The notes below the pieces were generated by a model. It saw nothing but the letters and a program-made list of their open reading frames with translations, had not been told where the DNA came from and searched no databases. 64,000 nucleotides of DNA, taken from positions 64,001 through 128,000 of the forward strand of contig CAVYSY010000044.1 in the NCBI GenBank assembly GCA_963771175.1, in the 5' to 3' direction. Source of the DNA: an uncultured delta proteobacterium (GTDB lineage Bacteria; Myxococcota; Myxococcia; Myxococcales; Myxococcaceae). Both the position numbers and the translations under genes were made by a program. Positions 54,282 through 64,000 of the stretch are shown here, piece after piece. Each line of letters starts with the position of its first letter. Within the stretch, counting starts at the first letter, position 1.

Positions 54282-55893
54282 GCGGCGCCTCCGGGACCGT
54301 GTAGTCGTGTACCTCGCGCTCGAAGCTCGGCGGCTCCGTGTAGTTGTGCGGCGCGGGTGGCGAGCCGCTGAACCACTCGTAGCCGCGCGAGCCCCACGGG
54401 CTCGGCGTGCTCACCGGGCCGTACCTCAGCGACCACAGCAGGTAGACGGCGATGAGCCCGAAGCCGAACGCCAGCAGAGACGCCCCCGCCGTGCTCAGCA
54501 CGTGCAGCCACTGCATCTCCGGCGGGTATTGGTAGTAGCGCCGCGGCATCCCCATGTTCCCCAGCAGGAACTGCGGCAGGAACGTCACGATGAAGCCGAA
54601 GATGATGGTCGCCGCCGACAGGAAGGCCCAGCGCTCCGGGTACAGCCTCCCGAACATCTTCGGCCACCAGTAGTGCAGCGCCGCCAGGAACCCCATCAGC
54701 ACCGCCCCCACCATGATGTAGTGGAAGTGCGCCACGATGAAGTACGTGTCGTGCCAGTGGATGTCCAACGACGTCGTCGCCACCGCCACGCCCGTCATCC
54801 CCCCGAACATCAGCAGGAAGATGAACCCCAGCACGTACAGCAGCGGCACCTTCAGGTCGATGGAGCCCCCGTACATCGTCGCCACCCAGTTGAAGATTTT
54901 GATGGCCGTGAAGATGGCCACCAGCATGCTCAGCACCCCGAAGATGCCCGAGCTGAACGTGGACTGCCCCGACACGAACATGTGGTGGCCCCACGAGAAG
55001 AACCCCACGAAGGCAATCCCAAACGAGGACGCGGCGATCATCTTGTAGCCGAAGATGTTCTTCCGGCTGAAGGCACACACCACCTCGGTGATGACCCCCA
55101 TCGCCGGCAGCACCATGATGTAGACCGCCGGGTGCGAGTAGAACCAGAACATGTGCTGGAACAGCACCGGGTCCCCTCCTCGCGATGGGTCGAAGATGCC
55201 CGAGCCCATCACCCGCTCGAAGAACACCAGCAGCAGCACCATCCCCAGCACCGGCGTCGCCACCACCTGGATGACCGACGTGCCGTAGAGGGCCCAGACG
55301 AAGAGCGGAATCCGCGTCCAATGCATCCCCGGCGCGCGCAGCGTGTGCGTGGTGACGATGAAGTTCAGCCCCGTGATGATGGTGGAGAAGCCAATGATGA
55401 ACACGCCCAGCAGGATGGGCGTCAGCGCCGTGGGCGAGGTGGTGCTGTACGGCGTGTAGAACGTCCACCCCGTGTCCGCTCCGCTCCACAGCATGCCGAA
55501 CAGCGTCAGCGCCGCTCCCGCCACGTAGAGGTACACCGAGGCCAGGTTCAGCCTCGGGAAGGCCACGTCCTTGGCCCCCAGCATGATGGGCAACAGGAAG
55601 TTGCCGAACGCCGAGGGAATCGCCGGAATCATGAACAGCCACACCATCGTCACCCCGTGCAGGGTGAACATCCGGTTGTAGGTCATCGGGGTGATGATGG
55701 TCGGCCCCGGTGTCAGCAATTCAATCCGCAGCACCATCGCGAAGATGCCGCCGAGCAGCAGCGAGAGGATGACCATCACCAGGAACATCACCCCGATGCG
55801 CTTGTGGTCGCGCGTCAGCAGCCAGCTCCTCACCGTCGTCTCGTGGTCGAGATACGTGAGGGCCGGCTGACTACTTCCCGCCGACGGGTTCAT
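54271..55893 (-). CDS. ctaD: Cytochrome c oxidase subunit I, A2 type
   Basis: DHKRIG, T.HG, GWTFY.P, FWFYSHPAVY, WGHHMF, HDTYF.VAHFHY, GMPRRY. Confidence 0.97.
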   Translation of the reverse strand: MNPSAGSSQPALTYLDHETTVRSWLLTRDHKRIGVMFLVMVILSLLLGGIFAMVLRIELLTPGPTIITPMTYNRMFTLHGVTMVWLFMIPAIPSAFGNFLLPIMLGAKDVAFPRLNLASVYLYVAGAALTLFGMLWSGADTGWTFYTPYSTTSPTALTPILLGVFIIGFSTIITGLNFIVTTHTLRAPGMHWTRIPLFVWALYGTSVIQVVATPVLGMVLLLVFFERVMGSGIFDPSRGGDPVLFQHMFWFYSHPAVYIMVLPAMGVITEVVCAFSRKNIFGYKMIAASSFGIAFVGFFSWGHHMFVSGQSTFSSGIFGVLSMLVAIFTAIKIFNWVATMYGGSIDLKVPLLYVLGFIFLLMFGGMTGVAVATTSLDIHWHDTYFIVAHFHYIMVGAVLMGFLAALHYWWPKMFGRLYPERWAFLSAATIIFGFIVTFLPQFLLGNMGMPRRYYQYPPEMQWLHVLSTAGASLLAFGFGLIAVYLLWSLRYGPVSTPSPWGSRGYEWFSGSPPAPHNYTEPPSFEREVHDYTVPEAPRVY

Positions 55894-57046
55894 ATTCGGG
55901 CCTCTCCGACCGGATGGTCTCCAGCCGCGCGCTGCGCAGCGTCTTGATGTACTCGACCAGCGCCGCCACCTCCGCCGCCTCCAACTGCCCCAGGAACGAC
56001 GGCATCACCGGCTGGAACCCCGCCACCACCTTCGCCTGCGGCCTCATCATCGACTCGGTGAGGTAGGCCTCGTCCGCCACCACCGTCTCGCCGCTCGTCA
56101 GCCGCTCGCGCCGTTGGTACAGGTCCATCCACGTCGGCCCGATGTGCTCCGTCCCATCCACCGAGTGGCACTTGAGGCACCCCTTCTCCGCCGCCACTCG
56201 CTCGCCCCGCTCGGGCAGCGTGCCCCGCTCCGCGTACATGAGCTCGCCGTGCGGCACCTGCGCGTCGTAGAGCGCCGCCTGCCGAGCGGGCCCGCGGGGC
56301 TCCTGGGCCTCGGGCGCGCTGGGGCTCGCGTCCCGGCGTGTCACCAGCCCCCGCCGCTGCTCCTGCATCCACGCCTCGTAGTCCTCCGCCGAGAGCGCGA
56401 GGACCTCGGCCCACATCTCCGAGTGCTTCAGCCCGCAGTACTCCGCGCACATGACGCGGTAGCGCCCCGGCTTCGTCACCTCGAACCACGTCTGGGTGTA
56501 GGCCCCGGGAATCGCGTCCTGCTTGATGCGGAACGACGGCACGTAGAAGGAGTGGATGACGTCCTGACTCGTCAGCAGCAGCCGCACCGGCCTGCCCACC
56601 GGCACCCGCAGCACCCCGAGGGAGTTGGGACCCTCGGGATAGGTGAACTTCCACATCCACTGCTTCGCCACCACGTACACGTCCATCGCGTCCGGCGGCG
56701 GCGTCTGCATCCGGATGAAGTCGTGGTAGCCGATGAAGAACCACACCAGGAACGTGGTGAGCGGCACGCCCACGAAGAGCGCCTCCCACCCGAACGTCCC
56801 CACCACCTTCGGCGTGACGTCCGTCTCCGAGCGTCTCCGGTAGCGGATGAGGAAGTACGCCGCCGTCCCGAAGATGAGCGTGGCCATCACCATCGCCGCG
56901 GTGATGATGACGTAGTGCAGGTGGTCCACGTCCTTCGCCACCGTGGACGCCTGCTCCGGCAGGAAGAGGATTTTCCGGAAGAGTTCCTCCAGGACTCCCG
57001 AGTCCGTGCTCGTCGTTCCCGCGGAGGCCGCGTCTCCGTGGGTCAT
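55871..57046 (-). CDS. ctaC: Cytochrome c oxidase subunit II with fused cytochrome c (caa3)
   Basis: QWMW, DVIHSF, CAEYCG..HSEM CuA site, CLKCH heme motif. Confidence 0.95.
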   Translation of the reverse strand: MTHGDAASAGTTSTDSGVLEELFRKILFLPEQASTVAKDVDHLHYVIITAAMVMATLIFGTAAYFLIRYRRRSETDVTPKVVGTFGWEALFVGVPLTTFLVWFFIGYHDFIRMQTPPPDAMDVYVVAKQWMWKFTYPEGPNSLGVLRVPVGRPVRLLLTSQDVIHSFYVPSFRIKQDAIPGAYTQTWFEVTKPGRYRVMCAEYCGLKHSEMWAEVLALSAEDYEAWMQEQRRGLVTRRDASPSAPEAQEPRGPARQAALYDAQVPHGELMYAERGTLPERGERVAAEKGCLKCHSVDGTEHIGPTWMDLYQRRERLTSGETVVADEAYLTESMMRPQAKVVAGFQPVMPSFLGQLEAAEVAALVEYIKTLRSARLETIRSERPEYEPVGGK

Positions 57047-57444
57047 CGCGTGCCTCCGTCCCGCCGCCCGGCCTGCTCGGACACGACGCGCTCGATGGCC
57101 TGTTCGATGGGCACGTGCACCACGCCCGCGTCCCGGTCCACCCACCCGTACCCGTGCAATCGCTGGCGCTGCCGCTCCCGCTCCTCTTCCGCCCGGGTGT
57201 CGAGCTGGATGAGCCCCGTGTTGACGATGTTGATTTCGGCCTTGCCCAGCACGGGCGGCGTGTAGGGGCCCGCGGGGTTGAGGTGCCGCAGCCGCTCCTG
57301 GAGCTGCGCCCACGCCCCCACCACGAAGAAGGTGAAGACGATGAGCGCTCCGGCGAGGACGGCGGCCACGAACCGGCCGCTCACCGCGTCCCGCTGCCGC
57401 TCGGGCGTCTCCCACTCCACCTTGGGCTCGTCGTCGCGGCTCAT
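57043..57444 (-). CDS. actG: Alternative complex III subunit G-like protein
   Basis: One TM helix; L.GYGWVDR..G.V.VPIE.A; position after actF. Confidence 0.7.
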   Translation of the reverse strand: MSRDDEPKVEWETPERQRDAVSGRFVAAVLAGALIVFTFFVVGAWAQLQERLRHLNPAGPYTPPVLGKAEINIVNTGLIQLDTRAEEERERQRQRLHGYGWVDRDAGVVHVPIEQAIERVVSEQAGRRDGGTR

Positions 57445-58622
57445 TCGTCGTACCCCAGGGACTCGTGCAGGTAGGGGTCCCTCACCGGCACCGTGGCGTG
57501 GCCTCGCAGCCGCCACAGGGTGAAGGCCACCGCCACGCCTCCCACTCCCACGAACGCCGCCACGTCCGCCCAGTGCACCCGCACCGCGTCCGGGCTCACC
57601 ACCGGAATCACCAGCCACCACGTGTCCACCGCGTGCGCCGCCAGCAGCCACACCGCCATCACCGTCAGCGTCCGGCGGTGTTGCTTGAAGGGCCTCGACA
57701 GCAGCACGAGGAACGGGAGGAGGAAGCGCGTGTTGACGATGAACAGCGCCACCGGCTCCCACGCGCCCCTCGCGCGCAGCACGTACCAGGGCACCTCGTG
57801 CGGCAGGTCCGCTATCCAGATGAGGAAGAACTGGCTGAAGGCCATGTAGGCCCAGAAGACGCTGAACGCGAGCAGGAACTTGCCCAGGCTCGCCCGGTGC
57901 GAGTCATTGACCAGCTCGCCATACAGGTTCGGCCCCCGCGCCAGCGTCGTCGCCAGCGTCAGCAGCGCCAGCGTCCCGACGAAGGCCCCCGAGAACCAAT
58001 ACAGCCCATACACCGTGGAGACGAAGAGCGGCTCCAGCGACATCAGCCAGTCCAGCGACGCGAAGGACATGGCCAGCGCCACCACGGGCAGCGTCCCCGC
58101 CCCCAGCCACCACTGCCACTGCGTGAGCTTCAGCTCGCCCGTCTCGTCCTGCCTGCGGGACCAGCGCAGCAGCAGCTCGCCCACACCGCTCCACACCGCG
58201 AAGTACACGAGCGAGCGCACCGCCCAGAAGGGCAGGTTGAGCCACGTCCGCTTGTGCTCGAGCTTCTTCAGGTCCTTCCCGGACAGCGGCGGCGACGGGT
58301 TCGTCCATGGGTAGAGGTGCGAGGCCCCCGCGAGGATGGGAAGGAAGAGCACCGCGAAGAGCGGCAGCGTGGCCGCCATCGTCTCCAGCATGCGGCGCAG
58401 CACCACCGGCCAGCGCGCCTTCGAGGCGTGCCAGATGCCCAGCAGCAGCAGCGCCGCCACCGCCATCCCCGCCCAGTACGCGAAGGCGAACAGGTACGAG
58501 AACAGCGCTCGCCGCGTGTCCACCGCCCAGCCCACCGCCGTCACGCCCAGCCCCACCGCTCCGAGCGCGGCCGAGGCCAGCAGGGGCACCCGCCCTCCCG
58601 TGAAGCGCTCCATCACCTTCAT
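57441..58622 (-). CDS. actF: Alternative complex III subunit F
   Basis: LYPW, K..WLN.PF, DW.MSL.P, GK.L.AF..FW.Y..FSQ..LIW. Confidence 0.88.
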   Translation of the reverse strand: MKVMERFTGGRVPLLASAALGAVGLGVTAVGWAVDTRRALFSYLFAFAYWAGMAVAALLLLGIWHASKARWPVVLRRMLETMAATLPLFAVLFLPILAGASHLYPWTNPSPPLSGKDLKKLEHKRTWLNLPFWAVRSLVYFAVWSGVGELLLRWSRRQDETGELKLTQWQWWLGAGTLPVVALAMSFASLDWLMSLEPLFVSTVYGLYWFSGAFVGTLALLTLATTLARGPNLYGELVNDSHRASLGKFLLAFSVFWAYMAFSQFFLIWIADLPHEVPWYVLRARGAWEPVALFIVNTRFLLPFLVLLSRPFKQHRRTLTVMAVWLLAAHAVDTWWLVIPVVSPDAVRVHWADVAAFVGVGGVAVAFTLWRLRGHATVPVRDPYLHESLGYDE

Positions 58623-59212
58623 GGCGCGCCCTCCTTCTCCAACCCTGGCCGGACCTCGGGCGGCACGTCCTCCAGCCTCGCCCGCTGGCTGCGCTGGAGT
58701 GCTCGCACGTAGGCCACCACCGCCCACCGGTCCTCGGGCGACAGCTTCTCCGCGTACGCCGGCATCAGCCCGAAGCCCTCGCTGATGACTCCGTAGTAGT
58801 AGCCGTCCGGGTATGGCGGGAGGTCCAACAGCGACGGCGGCTCGCGCAGCCCCATGTTGCGCCCCACCTGGCTCTCCCCGTTCCCGAGCACTCCGTGGCA
58901 GGTGGCGCAGTAGACCTCGAACCGCCGCTGCCCTCGCTCCACCGTCTCCCGCGTGAGCGTCAGCGGAATCTCCCCCACGAAGCCGGCATCCGGTGCCTCC
59001 CTTCCCGAGAGGAACAGCCGCGTCTTGCCTCGCCGGCTCGTCGGCACCGTCCCCGGCGGCGGCTGGCGCATCACCCGGTCGTCCGCGAAGAACGCGTTCT
59101 CGCGATAGGGCAGCGCCTTGGGCTGCCGCTTCATCCCCGCCCAGCCCTCCACGTCTCCGGGGCAGCCGGCCAGCAGCCACGCCATCGGCACGAGGAGGAG
59201 CGGGCGGCTCAT
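58619..59212 (-). CDS. actE: Alternative complex III monoheme cytochrome c lipoprotein
   Basis: LAGC lipobox, M..QPK, CATCHG, G.G.MP.Y, DRWAVV.Y.RALQ. Confidence 0.9.
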   Translation of the reverse strand: MSRPLLLVPMAWLLAGCPGDVEGWAGMKRQPKALPYRENAFFADDRVMRQPPPGTVPTSRRGKTRLFLSGREAPDAGFVGEIPLTLTRETVERGQRRFEVYCATCHGVLGNGESQVGRNMGLREPPSLLDLPPYPDGYYYGVISEGFGLMPAYAEKLSPEDRWAVVAYVRALQRSQRARLEDVPPEVRPGLEKEGAP

Positions 59213-59743
59213 TCCTTCTCCTCCACCACCGACGTCTTCTTCGCCGCCAGCTCGCCCAGGTGGCGCAGCAGCACCTCCGCCTCCTCGCGCTTCGCCGTGG
59301 TGACGCTCACCCAGAAGCCCCCGGTGGAGGCGGTGCGGAAGGACTCCAGCTCGAAGAGCGGGTGGTGCGGCCTCGGGAAGCGGAACAGCCACATCAGCCC
59401 GAAGAAGAGGGTGAGCGAGGCGAACAGCACCATCGTCTCGAAGGTGATGGGCACGAAGGCCGCCCCCGCGTGCGGCGGGCGGTTGCCCACGTTCAGCGGC
59501 CAGTCCCACGCGTTGGTCCACCACTGCACCCCGTACCCCACCGCCGCCCCCGTCAGCCCCGCCACGAAGGCGAACCCCCGGATGGGCGAGGGCGGCAGCT
59601 CCAGCACCTGCTCAATCCCCTCCACCGGGTACGGGCGAGAAGACATCCAGCGTCTCCTTCGCGTACCCCAGCTCGCGCAGCCGCCGCAGCGCCCCCAGCA
59701 CCTCCCTGCCCGAGCCGAGCTCGCCCACCACCCAGTAGCGCAT
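59209..59743 (-). CDS. actD: Alternative complex III subunit D (DUF3341), frameshift near 59640
   Basis: PYPVEG, DWPLNVG.RP, FVPITFE..VL. Confidence 0.88.
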
Positions 59744-59746
59744 GGC

Positions 59747-61166
<1,420 letters not shown>

Positions 61167-61174
<8 letters not shown>

Positions 61175-64000
61175 GTTCCAGCTCCGGGTTCGGGTTCTTC
61201 AGGCGCGACAGGTACGCGGTGCGCGGGCGGGTGCCCAGCTCGTGCAGCACCGCGTAGTGGCGCTCGTCCCGGTGGCGCCTCGCCACCTCCGAGTCCTCCT
61301 CGTGCAACGAGCCGAAGACAATCGCCTCCGTGGGGCACACCTGCGCGCACGCGGATTCGAGTGAGCCGGTGTCTATCTTCCGCCGCTCCTTGCGCGCCTC
61401 GATGCGGGCCCGCTCAATCCGTTGCACGCAGTACGTGCACTTCTCCATCACCCCGCGCATCCGCACGGTGACGTCCGGGTTGAAGCCCAGCTTCTCCAGC
61501 TCCGTCACCTTCGGCCGGTAGTCGAGGTAGTTGAACCGCCTCACCTTGTACGGGCAGTTGTTGCTGCAGTACCGCGTGCCGATGCAGCGGTTGTAGACCA
61601 TCTCGTTGAGGCCCTCGTCCGAGTGGACGGTGGCGTTCACCGGGCACACGTACTCGCACGGCGCTGTCTCGCAGTGCTGGCACATCATCGGCTGGGGGAT
61701 GGCCTGGGGCTCGTCCGGCGCTCCCTCGAAGTACCGGTCCACCCGCAGCCAGTACATCTCGCGCCCCCGCCCCACCTGCTCGGGCCCCACCACCGGGATG
61801 TTGTTCTCCGCCTGGCACGCCACCACGCACGCCCCGCAGCCGATGCACCGGCTCAGGTCCACCGCCATCGCCCACTGGTACGGCTCGTCCTTGTAGGTGA
61901 ACGGGTCGTACAGCTTCGGCACCGGGCCCTTCAGGTGCTCCAGGTAGTGGGGCCTCTGCTTCTCGAAGTCCTCCACCGTGTCCTGGACGGCGATTTCGCG
62001 GCCCTGCATCGACCAGTGCTCCTGCACCGTCGCGTACCTCTCCCGGCCCTCCACCTTCTCCACCGTCAGCCCGTCCACGAACCACGGCGCGTCCAGGTGC
62101 CGCAGCAGGTACGCGTTGACGCCGAGTGTCCCGCCCACCGCCTCCGGGCCCTCGCGCCCCCAGCCGAGCTCCAGTGACACCGTGTCGTCCGCGTGCCCCG
62201 GCAGCACGTACACCGCCGCCTCCAGCCAGCGGCCTCGGAGGGTCAGCTTCACCTTGTCCCGGGATTGCACCTTCAGGCGCTCGGCCGTGCTCGGGCTCAG
62301 GAGTGCCGCGTTCGTCCAGGAGAGCTGCGTCAGCGGGTCCGGCATCTCCAGACAGCCACGCGTTCTGGGCGTACCGTCCGTCGTCCAGCTTGTAGCCGGG
62401 CAGCAGGTTCAGCTCGAGCTCCCGCGAGGGTCGGCGCGCGAAGCGCCGGACGCTCGACTCCACCGCTCCCGCGTCCACCGGGGCCGTCACCGCCGGCGCC
62501 GCCGTGTCTGGGATTGTCCCCACCGCCAGCGCCTGGTCCCACGCGTCCTCGAAGGCCGCGGCTCCGCCGCCTCGCGCGCCGCGCCCAGTGGCCCTTCACG
62601 AGCTGGTAGGACGACTGGTCCCCCACTCCCGCGAACGGGGCGAGCACGTCCAGCTCCGTCAGCCCCTGGAAGAGCGGTTGGATGAGCGGCTGGATGAGGC
62701 TCGCCGTCCCGTCCAGCGCCCGCGTGTCGCCCCAGGACTCCAGCACGTGCGCCGCCGGGAGCACCCACGCGCACTGCTTCGCCGTCTCGTCCTCGCGGAA
62801 GGCCAGGTACACCGCGTTGGGCACCGCGCCGAGCGCCGCTCCCAGCGTCACGCCCACCGGCGCCGTGTAGACGGGGTCGAACGCCGTCACCACCAGCGTG
62901 TCCACCCGACCCGCGCTCGCCGCCTCGGCCAGCTCGCGCAGCACCTCCGGCCCGCTGCGCACCGCGTCCAGCGTGGGCTCGTGGTGGGTGACGAGTCCCG
63001 GCTCGCTCCCCAGCGCCGCGTTGAGCGCGTGCGCCACCGCGTGGACCCGGGGCGGCTGTCTCTCGCCCGCCACCACCACCGAGCGCGCCCCGTTCCGCGC
63101 GAGGTCCGCCGCCACCGCGCGCACCTCCCTCGCCTTCTCCGGCCAGCCTGGCTCCAGCTCCCGGAAGCGCGTGAGTGTGGGCAACTTGTGGGTACGGGCC
63201 AGCTCGCCCAGCACCGCCAGGGCGAAGCGCTCCACCTCCGAGGGCTTCATCCGGAAGCGGTGGTCCGCGTTCATCCCCGTCACGCTGGAGTGGCTCTCCG
63301 CCACGTACAGCCGGCTCATCGGCCCGCGCTCCGGCGTGCGCGTGCCGGAGAACTCGCGCGCCTCGCGCAGGGAGAAGGGGCCCCGGGTGAGGAAGTCCGC
63401 GTCCAGCGAGAGCACCACGCGCGCCTCGTCGTAGCGCACGCGCGTCTCCAGCGGCCGGCCGAAGGCCAGTCTCGCGCCCTCGTACACGTTGTCCCGCGAG
63501 AGGGCGTGGTACGTCTCCACCCGCGCCCTCGGGAAGCGCTGGCGGATGCGCTCGAGCAGCTCGCGCCTCGTGGGCGAGGACGAGGGCTCCAGCAGCAGCC
63601 ACAGCCCCTCGCCTCCGTTCGCCTCCAGCGCTCGGGCGCGCTCCGTCTGCTCTTGCAGGTACGCCTTGAGGGAGCGCGGCGTGCCCCGGTGCCTCACCCC
63701 GCGCACCCGCGAGGTGTCGTAGAGGTCCACCAGCAGCGCCTGGGCGAGGGGGTTGGTGGCCCCGAGGCTCGCCGGGTGGTCCGGATTGCCCTCCACCTTC
63801 GTGGGGCGGCCCTCCCAGCTCGTCACCACCAGCCCCGTCCCGTAGCCGTCCCGAGGCCACGCCGTCGCGTACGTGTTGGGCACCCCGGGCGTCACGTCCG
63901 GCGGTTGGTGCGTGTACGGCATCACCTTCTCGGGCGGCGGCTTGCACGCGGCCAGCCCCGCCAGCGCCGCGGTGGTGCCCGCCAGTCGCAGGAAGCGGCG
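61167..64000 (-). CDS. actB: Alternative complex III subunit B (molybdopterin-oxidoreductase-like plus Fe-S domain); frameshifts near 62350-62580; 5' end outside window
   Basis: Tat/lipobox [19 protein letters not shown] at the window edge, [52 protein letters not shown]. Confidence 0.93.

Overview
Very GC-rich window whose gene families (ELWxxDGT protein, TIGR02269/double-CXXCG pairs, DUF2381 fragment, many lipoproteins) point to a myxobacterium of the Cystobacterineae (Archangium/Cystobacter-like; inference). Core genes: pgm, glgC, a MocR regulator divergent from ilvE-paaI-crotonase, a MoxR/DUF58/transglutaminase operon, an MCP, and from 53.2 kb to the end an alternative complex III (actB-G) joined to an A2-type caa3 oxidase operon. 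Conflict modules lie between them: two tandem SitA6/SitI6-type toxin-immunity cassettes, a lipoprotein toxin with a pre-toxin TG domain and a Tox-REase-7-like nuclease plus a downstream putative immunity gene, a GNAT toxin-antitoxin module flanked by an exact 40-bp direct repeat, an Rpn nuclease with an apparent intragenic antitoxin start, and a nuclease lipoprotein. The strongest unexplained non-coding signal is six intergenic copies of a ~75-bp element whose 27-bp palindromic core (AAACCTGTCCGAC-W-GTCGGACAGGTTT) varies only at the central base. At least 14 genes carry small frameshifts, most likely assembly indels. No rRNA, tRNA, CRISPR array or intact IS/prophage was seen. Family calls come from motif recognition, not database searches.
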